Origin: a virus
Lineage: Duplodnaviria > Heunggongvirae > Uroviricota > Caudoviricetes
Length of the DNA: 64,000 nt
Virus record (IMG/VR): IMGVR_UViG_2778261457_000003
Location: 2,217 to 66,216 of that record
Reading direction: 5' to 3' (one strand)
A program made the position numbers and the translations under genes. The first letter of the stretch is position 1. The number at the start of each line of letters is the position of its first letter. Positions 32,036 to 41,852 of this stretch are shown here, piece by piece. Below the pieces are notes generated by a model. That model was not told where the DNA came from. It did no database searches and saw only the letters and a list, made by a program, of their open reading frames with translations.

Positions 32036-32175
32036 AAAGGTGTCACCTTGAGGCGGCATTAAACATTAAGCCGGGGCATACGCTTGGCATTATCGATGCT
32101 CTGTTGGTTCATAAGATGGCCATGGCTTTATTGCCGTTGGTGGATGCTGGCGATACAAGCGAGGGTGAAGTATGA
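31840..32175 (+). CDS. hypothetical protein (111 aa)
   Basis: ORF with ATGA overlap to the following gene; overlaps 3' end of preceding ORF. Confidence 0.35.
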   Translation: MPAKGKGVPGERIRIKPHVYRELVNRLHDTAVKCAGTQQLRERISRVLGDVITPDHHKQAEKSDLERCHLEAALNIKPGHTLGIIDALLVHKMAMALLPLVDAGDTSEGEV

Positions 32176-32534
32176 GAGTTGCAGATCACATCAAACACCT
32201 TGAAAGAATTATCGAAAACGGTGAACTCTTAAGAGATCAGATGAGACGCACGGCAGAAGTCAGAGAGGCGATAATCCGCAGTCAGGCTGGTAAATTAAAG
32301 CAATTGTCAGAGATTAACGCGCTATACAAGAACAGACGTAACCGGGCGGCGCTGCGGCTTCAGAAAGCACGTAATGAAATTAAATTGGTGGAGGCAAAAC
32401 TGAAAAAACAGATTCAGCGTTACGATCAGCAAGATGCTTTTTATGCCGCCATCAAGGCGGCTGCTAATGAAATAGGCATCTGGAAGTTGCTGGTGGAGAA
32501 AGCAAAGACGAAGTTAAATGCCAACGAAAGCTGA
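32172..32534 (+). CDS. hypothetical coiled-coil protein (120 aa)
   Basis: charged heptad-like sequence; translationally coupled start. Confidence 0.45.
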   Translation: MRVADHIKHLERIIENGELLRDQMRRTAEVREAIIRSQAGKLKQLSEINALYKNRRNRAALRLQKARNEIKLVEAKLKKQIQRYDQQDAFYAAIKAAANEIGIWKLLVEKAKTKLNANES

Positions 32535-32611
32535 ACTACAGGTACCCACCAGCACATACAGAAAATGATTGTTTCCACATCAAGGAGATTTTAATGTTTC
32601 ACTGAAACATT

Positions 32612-32747
32612 AAGTAAGCCAGTGCATAATTCCATTTTTTACTGACCTTAAAAGCAAAATCAAAACGATGATGAGGATAATAGCCAGAATCTGGCTAATA
32701 ACAGGCGCATCTAAAAATGCACTCAGGAACTGAAAAAAAGCAGTCAT
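32612..32747 (-). CDS. candidate small hydrophobic membrane peptide (45 aa)
   Basis: MTAFFQFLSAFLDAPVISQILAIILIIVLILLLRSVKNGIMHWLT in an otherwise ORF-poor AT-rich 650-bp gap; weak RBS. Confidence 0.25.
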
Positions 32748-33184
32748 TAAGGTGGTTCCTTGTCAAATGTAAAGGAGCACTTGCTCACGTTGACGTAGAA
32801 ACCCAACCCTTATATAGTTGGATTCGGTGAAAGAAAGTCGTTAACGTGAGCTTACGGCACATGTTTTCGGAACAACATCAGGGAACGGCTAATTCCTTGA
32901 TGCGGGTGGGGTCTGTAATGCAGACCCTATCTATTAACGTCATGATTGCATCTCAAATTTTCTCCTTATCTTCATTAATCAAAATTCATTTCATTTGTGA
33001 AGCATCACAATATTTAGAAAATGGCCCTCTTGCAAGTGCATAACTTTGTGGATAAATCAGGAAGAAAAAAGTTGATTCTGCGCACGGCAAGGCAGATAAG
33101 CTGTGCACAAAAATCAATGGGAGAAGAAAAAAAATTAAAAGTTACTTTGCTGGTTAAATAATAGTCGTTACTCAATTATTCTGG

Positions 33185-33448
33185 ATGGGATTTGATATGT
33201 ACGATTGGAATATTGCAGCTAAAAGTCAGGAAGAACGGGATAAGGTTAACGTTGATCTGGCTGCCAGCGGTGTGGCGTACAAAGAGCGATTGAACATACC
33301 TGTCATAGCTGAACAGGTAGCCCGCGAGCAACCAGAGAATCTGCGCACCTATTTCATGGAACGGCTACGGCACTACCGGCAGTTAAGCCTCCAGTTGCCA
33401 AAAGGGAGCGATCCGGCATATCAGAAAGATGATGCCGTAAAGAAATAG
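33185..33448 (+). CDS. hot: DNA polymerase III theta-subunit (HolE) homologue
   Basis: [43 protein letters not shown] closely parallels E. coli theta as recalled. Confidence 0.8.
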   Translation: MGFDMYDWNIAAKSQEERDKVNVDLAASGVAYKERLNIPVIAEQVAREQPENLRTYFMERLRHYRQLSLQLPKGSDPAYQKDDAVKK

Positions 33449-33454
33449 CGGTAG

Positions 33455-34027
33455 TTAACCGTTTTGAACTTCTCGTATCCTGGCAATGACAGCTTCATGC
33501 TGGGCTTGGATAGCGGCTTTTTCGTTTTCAAGTCGGGCAATAGACATCTCTAATTCTTTGCTGTACCAGGCGAGTTGGGCCAGGTTCATCCGGTTGTGGT
33601 CGAGAGTTGGAGACACTTCGACGCGATCCCTTTCTTCCTGCTTTAATGAGAAGAGATTCATCTCATCCCTTGAGGAAAATTCAGCAACAATTTCTTGTTG
33701 ATGATCCGGTCGCTGCGGCATCCTTGCCAGTATAAATGGCGGTTCTATTGAAAACATGAATGACGGTTTAGACCGTGTTTTGACCCATCTAGCTTGCTGT
33801 TTTTCGGCAAGTTCACAGGCTTCATCATAGTTATCTACAAAACCAAGCACGGATGGACGGTCCCACGCGCCACCGTTCAGACAATAAACAACAATTTTCC
33901 CGTCAGGTTCTGTAACTCCATAGGGGTGGTCCCACCAGGCGTCCAGATGGGCTTTGGAGCGTTTCTCGTTAGGAGTGCAGTCAAAATTTTTGGGCAATGC
34001 AGGATCGAGAGGAATGCGGGCAGGCAT
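33455..34027 (-). CDS. hypothetical protein transcribed divergently from the LexA-box region
   Basis: 190-aa ORF whose upstream region contains the LexA box. Confidence 0.45.
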   Translation of the reverse strand: MPARIPLDPALPKNFDCTPNEKRSKAHLDAWWDHPYGVTEPDGKIVVYCLNGGAWDRPSVLGFVDNYDEACELAEKQQARWVKTRSKPSFMFSIEPPFILARMPQRPDHQQEIVAEFSSRDEMNLFSLKQEERDRVEVSPTLDHNRMNLAQLAWYSKELEMSIARLENEKAAIQAQHEAVIARIREVQNG

Positions 34028-34161
34028 GGCTAATTCCTTATTAATTGATTAGTTACGAGGTTACGCTGATCCAGCGGTGATGAATAGTAGCAAAGCGCAC
34101 AAAGTCATCAGAGGGGTTAAGCTCCATAACGCGTTTGCACCAAAGGTGTCTCTTTAATGTA

Positions 34162-34181
34162 TACTGTATAAATGAACAGTA
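34162..34181. promoter_or_regulatory. LexA (SOS) box TACTGTATAAATGAACAGTA
   Basis: perfect CTGT-N8-ACAG palindrome 20 bp upstream of humD. Confidence 0.8.
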
Positions 34182-34200
34182 TTATTGAGGTGAAAACGCT

Positions 34201-34590
34201 ATGGGCTTCCCTTCTCCTGCGGCGGATTATGTTGAAAGCCGAATTTCTCTTGATCAGCAACTAATCAGGCATCCATCAGCAACCTACTTCATGCGGGCAG
34301 CTGATAGCCATCACCGTGAGGGAATATTGCAGGGTGCTTTGCTGGTGGTTGATTCCTCGCTTACTCCGGTTGATGGTTCTCTGCTTGTGTGCGCTATGGA
34401 GGGTGAATATCGCATAAAGAGATACAGGAAGTATCCGCGCCAGCACCTGGAGGATTTAAGCACCGGGAAGAAAGAGGCGTTACCAGTAGATGACGATGGA
34501 TACACGGGCAGTAATGCTGTTTTTGGTGTGATCACTCATGTCATCAATGATGCCCGAAGTGGGGAATTTGATGATTGTCCGGTTATTTAA
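34201..34590 (+). CDS. humD: UmuD'-like SOS mutagenesis protein
   Basis: 129 aa lacking the UmuD N-terminal cleavage region, with the S24-type Ser-Lys dyad context (GALLVVD ... KRYRK); LexA box upstream. Confidence 0.8.
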   Translation: MGFPSPAADYVESRISLDQQLIRHPSATYFMRAADSHHREGILQGALLVVDSSLTPVDGSLLVCAMEGEYRIKRYRKYPRQHLEDLSTGKKEALPVDDDGYTGSNAVFGVITHVINDARSGEFDDCPVI

Positions 34591-34656
34591 GCTGCAAAGT
34601 GCTGGTGCTTTATGCCTGTGAAGTTTATAATTGTGTACACATAACGAGTACACGAG

Positions 34657-34884
34657 GTGTTTATGCAATCCATTAACTTCCGTACCGCGCGTGGCAACCT
34701 TTCTGAAGTGCTCAACAATGTTGAAGCCGGGGAAGAGGTTGAAATCACCCGCAGAGGCCGTGAGCCAGCAGTAATTGTCAGCAAGGCTACTTTCGAAGCC
34801 TACAAAAAAGCGGCGCTGGATGCTGAATTTGCATCCCTGTTTGACACCCTGGACTCCACCAACAAGGAACTGGTTAACCGATAA
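34657..34884 (+). CDS. phd: Phd antitoxin
   Basis: 73 aa, [39 protein letters not shown]. Confidence 0.9.
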
Positions 34885-35264
34885 TGAGGCATATATCACC
34901 GGAAGAACTTATTGCGCTTCATGATGCGAATATAAGCCGCTACGGCGGCCTGCCGGGAATGTCTGATCCGGGTAGGGCAGAGGCCATTATCGGGAGAGTT
35001 CAGGCCAGAGTTGCCTACGAAGAGATCACCGACCTTTTCGAAGTCTCCGCCACCTACCTGGTGGCTACAGCGAGAGGGCATATATTCAATGATGCCAATA
35101 AGCGTACCGCGCTAAACAGTGCGCTGCTATTTCTACGCCGTAACGGGGTGCAGGTATTTGATTCACCTGAACTGGCAGACCTTACTGTAGGCGCTGCGAC
35201 TGGCGAGATATCTGTATCTTCTGTCGCCGACACGTTACGTAGATTGTATGGTTCTGCGGAGTAG
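34884..35264 (+). CDS. doc: Doc toxin (Fic-fold kinase)
   Basis: 126 aa; ATGA overlap with phd; Fic-like motif [11 protein letters not shown]. Confidence 0.9.
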
Positions 35265-35268
35265 ATTA

Positions 35269-35448
35269 ATGGCACGCAAATACAACAAATTGTCCCGTGA
35301 AGCGTTAAAGATGCTTCTTGATGGCGTGAGTCGCCGCAAGGTAAAGCAATACCTGGTTGGTAAGCAAATTGGAGTCAGGACCGCTATTGCTGTGTTATGC
35401 CGTCAGGAAATGGTTGTGCTTAAACAGAGAATGCCGGGCAGCAGATAA
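35269..35448 (+). CDS. hypothetical small basic protein
   Basis: ORF immediately after doc; start taken at MARKYNKL. Confidence 0.3.
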   Translation: MARKYNKLSREALKMLLDGVSRRKVKQYLVGKQIGVRTAIAVLCRQEMVVLKQRMPGSR

Positions 35449-35475
35449 AGCCCAATCAGTGATTAAAGGTGTGAT

Positions 35476-36519
35476 GTGAAAGCCGTAATTACTCCCTTTG
35501 TACAGAAAGAGCTTGGCCTCGCCACGTTCAAAGTGGATCAGGAGGTCAGAAAGCTGGTGGAGGCTGGCCGTAAATTTATTATGGAGCCGGTGCCGCGTGA
35601 GTTAATCGAGCACATGGAAGACGGCCTCGTTGTTACCGAGCAAACCATGGCAACAAATGAGGCGTTGCAGCCGTTTTTTAACAGCGATGAACTGTTTCGC
35701 CGTATTGGTGGAATTGACGCGCTGGTGGCGTGGTTGCGTAGGAAAGAGGGTCAATGCCAGGCCGCAGATCGTAGTTGGTGTGACAACCATATTGTCCACG
35801 CTGAACGAGACAATAGCGCGGTGTTGTTGTGCTGGCATCACGATAACCATTACCGGATGCGTGGTTTTAATGAGCTGAAAGAAACGCTGCACAATAATCG
35901 CGTTAACTGGATACTGGATGTCGCCCGTCAGGAAATGGGCCTTTCAAATAGCCATGATTTAAGTATTCAGGAGCTGTGCTGGTGGGCTTTCATGCGCAAC
36001 ATGATGCACCTGATGCCGGAAGAAGTCTGCCGCATATCAATAAATAAGATGAAGGCTACTCCGCAGGATAGCGGACCTCTGAAAGAGGCGGATATTCGCC
36101 CGTATGACGATCGCGCTACAGCATATGTTCAGATGATGGAAGAACGCGCCGCGCCGATGCGTGCAAAAGTATGCCCTGTGGATGTTGACTCCGACCCTGG
36201 CATGGCGCATTTCAAAATACCAAAACTGCAATCGCTAAAATTACCTGAGTACATGGACTTTGTTGCTTCCCGTCCATGCTGTGGGTGTGGAGCTGCGGGA
36301 GCTGGCGCTCACATTACGCCTTATATCGTTCGTCATAGTCGATTATGCGCGCATGACATTTACGCAATTCCTCTGTGCCAGTCATGCCAGCGTGATATTG
36401 AGCGTGACCGCGATAATTGGGAGAAGACGCACGGTAGGTTGGCGATGCATCAACGATTGTTCTTTGATTACGCGCTTGGAGTGGGCGTTATCACAAGTCA
36501 TTCGTCGAGTGTTAGATAA
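35476..36519 (+). CDS. hypothetical Cys/His-rich protein
   Basis: 347 aa with several C/H clusters ([24 protein letters not shown]). Confidence 0.45.
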   Translation: MKAVITPFVQKELGLATFKVDQEVRKLVEAGRKFIMEPVPRELIEHMEDGLVVTEQTMATNEALQPFFNSDELFRRIGGIDALVAWLRRKEGQCQAADRSWCDNHIVHAERDNSAVLLCWHHDNHYRMRGFNELKETLHNNRVNWILDVARQEMGLSNSHDLSIQELCWWAFMRNMMHLMPEEVCRISINKMKATPQDSGPLKEADIRPYDDRATAYVQMMEERAAPMRAKVCPVDVDSDPGMAHFKIPKLQSLKLPEYMDFVASRPCCGCGAAGAGAHITPYIVRHSRLCAHDIYAIPLCQSCQRDIERDRDNWEKTHGRLAMHQRLFFDYALGVGVITSHSSSVR

Positions 36520-36520
36520 A

Positions 36521-36537
36521 ATTGCTCTAATGTATTG
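36521..36537 (+). promoter_or_regulatory. C1 operator-like site ATTGCTCTAATGTATTG
   Basis: operator match directly upstream of the lpa-like gene. Confidence 0.55.
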
Positions 36538-36607
36538 CCATTTCTTTAATCGAGGGTATTATATTCCACGTTGATTAGTTGACATGGGCTAATCAGTAGG
36601 TGACAGG

Positions 36608-37060
36608 ATGTTACTTAACTGGCAGGGACGCCACTTCATGGAAATAAATCACTCACGAATAACATCGTACGAGATTGCGGATTACATGATCCGCACTAAA
36701 TCTCTTCTATCAGCGAAAGAACTCGCAGCAATTCTTGAAAAGGAATACCCGCATCTGGATGTCGATAAGCGCGATGTTTATCTGCGCTTAAAGGCTATCG
36801 CTGTGTCTAAGTATTCGTCTGTTTTGATAGATGACAGTACACGCCCACGTAGATTTCAGATCCACTCTCTGAATCCTGAATTCTTTCGCCGTAGCCGCGC
36901 TCCGCGCCGGTTTGATGAAAAACTCCAGAACGAACTCTATATGACGCAGGACGAAAAGGAACGCCGGGAGCACCAGCCTTGGGTAATGGCGCGTCAACTT
37001 TTCAATAAGGTGGCCCGTCAGCACCGTCATTACGGTAATGCCACATCCGCACGTATCTGA
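36608..37060 (+). CDS. lpa: late promoter activator-like protein
   Basis: 150-aa ORF immediately upstream of pacA and downstream of a C1 operator, matching the P1 lpa position. Confidence 0.5.
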   Translation: MLLNWQGRHFMEINHSRITSYEIADYMIRTKSLLSAKELAAILEKEYPHLDVDKRDVYLRLKAIAVSKYSSVLIDDSTRPRRFQIHSLNPEFFRRSRAPRRFDEKLQNELYMTQDEKERREHQPWVMARQLFNKVARQHRHYGNATSARI

Positions 37061-37145
37061 TTGATTGCTTGCCCGTTCCGGGCCTTTTGACATGTGACTT
37101 TCGTTACCCTCGCGTCAAAAAGAGTTTTTACGAAAGGAAGCATAA

Positions 37146-38339
37146 GTGACCTGGGACGATCACAAGAAGAATTTTGCTCGCCTGGCGCGAGATGGTGGTT
37201 ACACCATCGCACAGTATGCCGCCGAGTTTAATCTTAACCCTAATACCGCACGTCGTTATCTCCGTGCCTTCAAAGAAGACACCAGGACTACGGACAGCCG
37301 CAAGCCAAATAAGCCAGTCAGGAAGCCACTAAAAAGCATGATCATTGATCACTCTAATGATCAACATGCAGGTGATCACATTTCGGCTGAAATAGCGGAA
37401 AAACAAAGAGTTAATGCCGTTGTCAGTGCCGCAGTCGAGAATGCGAAGCGCCAAAATAAGCGCATAAATGATCGTTCAGATGATCATGACGTGATCACCC
37501 GCGCCCACCGGACCTTACGTGATCGCCTGGAACGCGACACCCTGGATGATGATGGTGAACGCTTTGAATTCGAAGCTGGCGATTACCTGATAGATAACGT
37601 TGAAGCGCGGAAGGCCGCGCGCGCTATGTTGCGTCGGTCCGGGGCCGATGTTCTGGAAACCACTCTTCTGGAAAAGTCTCTTTCTCATCTCCTTATGCTG
37701 GAGAACGCCAGGGATACGTGTATTCGCCTAGTGCAGGAAATGCGCGATCAGCAAAAAGACGATGATGAAGGTACTCCGCCTGAATACCGTATCGCGAGCA
37801 TGCTAAACAGCTGTTCCGCGCAGATAAGCAGCCTGATCAACACCATTTACAGCATCCGGAATAACTATCGAAAAGAAAGCCGGGAGGCGGAAAAGCACGC
37901 TTTATCTATGGGGCAAGCTGGCATTGTTAAGCTGGCATACGAACGAAAGCGTGAAAATAACTGGTCAGTGCTGGAAGCGGCTGAATTCATCGAGGCGCAT
38001 GGAGGAAAAGTGCCGCCCCTGATGCTGGAGCAAATCAAAGCCGATCTGCGTGCTCCTAAGACCAATACCGATGATGAGGAAAACCAAACAGCATCTGGCG
38101 CTCCATCACTTGAAGATCTGGATAAAATCGCGCGAGAACGGGCCGCCAGCCGCCGCGCTGATGCGGCATTGTGGATTGAGCATCGTAGAGAAGAAATTGC
38201 CGATATCGTCGATACAGGTGGTTATGGTGATGTCGATGCGGAAGGCATATCAAACGAAGCATGGCTTGAACAGGATCTGGACGAAGACGAGGAGGAAGAC
38301 GAAGAAGTTACCCGCAAACTGTACGGGGATGATGATTAA
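37146..38339 (+). CDS. pacA: terminase small subunit (pac recognition)
   Basis: 397-aa ORF containing the pac site in its 5' region; acidic C-terminus. Confidence 0.8.
37339..37524. other. pac: pac packaging site: two clusters of TGATCA/TGATCG hexamers (4 + 3-4) about 100 bp apart
   Basis: tgatcattgatcactctaatgatcaacatgcaggtgatca and tgatcgttcagatgatcatgacgtgatcac ... tgatcg; each hexamer contains a Dam GATC site. Confidence 0.8.
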
Positions 38340-39823
38340 TGGCCAGAAGTTGCGTAACGGACCCACGTTGGCGCGAGCTGGTGGCGCTATATCGTTATGA
38401 CTGGATTGCGGCCGCTGATGTGTTGTTTGGGAAGACACCAACCTGGCAGCAGGATGAGATCATTGAGTCCACGCAGCAGGACGGCAGTTGGACAAGTGTG
38501 ACCTCCGGCCATGGTACTGGTAAATCGGATATGACGAGTATCATTGCAATACTCTTCATCATGTTTTTCCCCGGCGCTCGCGTCATTCTGGTCGCTAACA
38601 AAAGACAGCAAGTCCTTGATGGTATTTTCAAATACATAAAGAGCAATTGGGCTACTGCTGTTAGCAGATTCCCGTGGTTGTCGAAGTATTTCATTCTTAC
38701 AGAAACGTCTTTTTTTGAGGTGACTGGCAAGGGTGTTTGGACAATATTGATAAAGTCCTGTCGCCCCGGAAATGAGGAGGCGTTGGCTGGTGAACACGCC
38801 GATCATCTCTTGTATATCATCGACGAAGCGTCGGGTGTGAGTGATAAAGCATTCAGTGTGATAACAGGTGCGCTGACCGGTAAGGATAACCGTATTCTGC
38901 TTCTTTCCCAGCCTACGCGACCTTCAGGCTATTTCTACGATTCACACCACAGACTAGCTATTCGCCCGGGAAATCCTGATGGATTGTTTACTGCGATAAT
39001 ACTGAATAGTGAAGAATCTCCGCTTGTAGATGCAAAATTTATACGAGCAAAACTTGCGGAGTATGGCGGTCGTGATAACCCCATGTACATGATCAAAGTA
39101 CGTGGTGAATTTCCCAAATCTCAAGATGGCTTTCTTCTTGGTCGTGATGAGGTTGAGCGGGCGACGCGGCGAAAGGTCAAGATTGCCAAAGGATGGGGCT
39201 GGGTTGCATGTGTTGACGTTGCTGGTGGCACAGGACGAGATAAGTCCGTTATTAATATCATGATGGTGTCCGGCCAGCGAAATAAACGCCGTGTAATCAA
39301 CTATCGTATGCTGGAATACACAGACGTTACAGAAACGCAGTTAGCCGCCAAGATTTTCGCAGAATGTAACCCAGAACGGTTCCCGAACATAACCATAGCT
39401 ATTGATGGCGATGGCTTGGGGAAATCGACGGCTGATCTAATGTACGAACGCTATGGCATTACCGTCCAGCGTATCCGCTGGGGTAAAAAGATGCACAGCC
39501 GTGAAGATAAAAGCCTTTATTTCGATATGCGCGCTTTCGCGAATATTCAGGCGGCAGAAGCTGTAAAATCAGGGCGTATGAGGCTTGATAAGGGGGCTGC
39601 GACTATAGAGGAAGCATCAAAGATACCGGTAGGGATAAATTCCGCAGGTCAATGGAAGGTGATGTCAAAGGAAGATATGAAGAAAAAACTCAACCTGCAC
39701 TCACCGGACCATTGGGATACATATTGTTTCGCTATGTTGGCGAACTATGTTCCCCAAGATGAAGTGCTTAGCGTCGAAGACGAAGCGCAGGTTGATGAAG
39801 CTCTGGCATGGCTTAATGAATAA
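38339..39823 (+). CDS. pacB: terminase large subunit
   Basis: 494 aa; ATGA overlap with pacA; ATPase-like segment (VLDGIFKY ... [13 protein letters not shown]). Confidence 0.8.
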
Positions 39824-39847
39824 CTCATTAACCATGCCGGATGGAAA

Positions 39848-40699
39848 CTATTGCGCGCTTTCGGGGTTGTCGTTTACTGGCTGCCCCTTCTTAGTTTTGC
39901 GGCTGCGCGTAACTGATGCGGCTGATTTGACCTTTTTCTCTTCGCGAGTGATGGCAATTTGTTTTTTTACATTTTCAATATCTGCCAGGCGATATATTTT
40001 TGCCTGCGGCCAGCGGTCGCAGATGATCGGTTCTATAGAGTCATAAAGGCTAAATTTTGCTTTCTCAAATTCACCGTTGATGATGATTCCATCTCGGAGA
40101 GTTTCATCGCAGATAAACACGCCACATAGCGGCACATGGTAACTAACTGATTTGCCATCATTGTAGTTAGGGCTACTGGAAATGTAATGGACGCGCAGCA
40201 TTGTTTCGCTAAAGCCGTGTACGCGCATACGGAATTTTTCATCCTCCGGGTACTGCTTCATTAGCTCTTTTGTTGCTTCCAGGTTCTCTATGTATTTCGC
40301 ACTGTGCTCATTGATCCCCGCGCTTTTTTGGATGCGAATGTCCTTATCAATCAGATGAATAATGCGGCCAGCGGTCATATTGACGCTGTTCACTGCTTCT
40401 GTCTGATAAGTCGTAACCTTACGCACACCGCGAAGGATGTTAGGTACAGGATATAAAATAGTCTTTGGGATATTGAGATCTGGGTACTGCTCCAGTTCCC
40501 GCGCCATTAATGTCCATTTATCAATTTCAGCCTGAATGCTGTCCGTTTCTTTGAACGGCAGAACGACAACCGGGCGAACAGGGCGACCGTCGCTGGCGGC
40601 ATCAACGTGTTGGGCGCGTGCAACAGCTTTTTTTAGAAAGAGATCCCTGAAGCTGACGAACTCCTGGTACAGTTGTTCGCCGTAGACATAATTTATCAT
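39848..40699 (-). CDS. c1: C1 repressor of lytic functions
   Basis: 283 aa starting MINYVYGEQLYQEFVSFRDLF, as recalled for P1 C1. Confidence 0.85.
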   Translation of the reverse strand: MINYVYGEQLYQEFVSFRDLFLKKAVARAQHVDAASDGRPVRPVVVLPFKETDSIQAEIDKWTLMARELEQYPDLNIPKTILYPVPNILRGVRKVTTYQTEAVNSVNMTAGRIIHLIDKDIRIQKSAGINEHSAKYIENLEATKELMKQYPEDEKFRMRVHGFSETMLRVHYISSSPNYNDGKSVSYHVPLCGVFICDETLRDGIIINGEFEKAKFSLYDSIEPIICDRWPQAKIYRLADIENVKKQIAITREEKKVKSAASVTRSRKTKKGQPVNDNPESAQ

Positions 40700-40794
40700 T
40701 GATCCTCCTCCAGAATTGACATGGCCAACAACTCACAGCGGATTACACTGGGAGTTGTTGGCCACCATTATAGAAGGATCCAACGAAAATAATA

Positions 40795-40811
40795 GATTTA
40801 TTAGTGCATTT
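40795..40811 (-). promoter_or_regulatory. weak C1 operator-like site between coi and c1
   Basis: tttattagtgcatttat, about three mismatches to consensus. Confidence 0.35.
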
Positions 40812-41019
40812 ATTGTGAGTCTGGCTGGTTAGTGGCCATGAGATATTCGATTGTGTCAGTGAGATCATCCAGGTCGTCTTGGGTGATGCGGTACTCCTGA
40901 TTGGATATCTTTGAGTAGTGTTCAGCAATGGCGCGGGCAGCGTCGGTTTCGGCGGGGTCTACAGATAAAGCGTTAGAGCAATGTCTAACGTCGTCGATGG
41001 TTGGTGGAATGAAAGCCAT
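40810..41019 (-). CDS. coi: C1 inactivator
   Basis: 69-aa acidic ORF immediately upstream of c1. Confidence 0.7.
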   Translation of the reverse strand: MAFIPPTIDDVRHCSNALSVDPAETDAARAIAEHYSKISNQEYRITQDDLDDLTDTIEYLMATNQPDSQ

Positions 41020-41260
41020 AATTATGCCTCACTGTATTGACAACACAGAGCCTGAAGCTCTGACCTACTGTTTCACCCATGATCCATGCTGGGGTAATCT
41101 AACAACATTGCGCTGTGTGTAAGATGAGCAATGCATAGCTGTAATGCCGTTGTATAAGGTTTCCCTGTTTGCTCATTTCCTTCTGAGCCGCTCTACAACG
41201 CTGAAGACACATTAAATAGTGAATCCAAAGTCGTATTACGAAACGGCGGCAAAACTATAA

Positions 41261-41274
41261 TTTATTAGAGCAAT
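41261..41274 (-). promoter_or_regulatory. C1 operator-like site (inverted, TTTATTAGAGCAAT)
   Basis: exact core match. Confidence 0.55.
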
Positions 41275-41340
41275 TGTCAAACAACTATGAAAAACAATCC
41301 AGTTTTTGGCTGGTGGAGTTGGATTTTTCTCTCAAAATTT

Positions 41341-41357
41341 ATTGCTCTAATAATTCT
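41341..41357 (+). promoter_or_regulatory. C1 operator-like site ATTGCTCTAATAATTCT
   Basis: consensus match in the immunity region next to loxP. Confidence 0.55.
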
Positions 41358-41400
41358 TGATTTTTATGCGCAGCTGGACGTAAACTCCTCTTCAGACCTA

Positions 41401-41434
41401 ATAACTTCGTATAGCATACATTATACGAAGTTAT
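41401..41434 (+). other. loxP: loxP site
   Basis: exact ATAACTTCGTATA-GCATACAT-TATACGAAGTTAT. Confidence 0.97.
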
Positions 41435-41449
41435 ATTAAGGGTTATTGA

Positions 41450-41600
41450 ATATGATCAATTTACCTGTAAATCCATACAGTTCAATACCTTAGCAGGTCA
41501 AATAGTGATCACTTGATCATTTGATCAAGGTTGCGCTACGTAAAATCTGTGAAAAATTGGCGGTGTTAGTCCTACAGATTTCGCGTAGCGCACTTAGCAC
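41450..41600 (+). promoter_or_regulatory. cre upstream control region with four clustered GATC sites and an ~18-bp inverted repeat
   Basis: tgatcaatt, gtgatcacttgatcatttgatcaagg; inverted repeat gcgctacgtaaaatctgt ... acagatttcgcgtagcgc. Confidence 0.45.
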
Positions 41601-41623
41601 CACCAATCAATCAGAGGTGAAAA

Positions 41624-41845
41624 ATGGGATATTCAACTGCTAAAGTGTCCACTCATCTTGAGCTTGAGAAAAACCGTGGTTACTGGCGGGCAAAAGGGTT
41701 TGATCGTGATAGTTGCCAACTGTCATTATCGCGCGGTGAAGAGAAAATAGAACGCACGCGCGGTCGCTGGCGTTTCTATGACGAGAACCATAAACAGGTA
41801 AAGGCAGAGCCGATCCTGTACACTTTACTTAAAACCATTATCTGA
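41624..41845 (+). CDS. hypothetical small protein between loxP and cre
   Basis: 73-aa ORF with strong RBS (cagaggtgaaaaATG). Confidence 0.4.
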   Translation: MGYSTAKVSTHLELEKNRGYWRAKGFDRDSCQLSLSRGEEKIERTRGRWRFYDENHKQVKAEPILYTLLKTII

Positions 41846-41852
41846 GTGTTAA

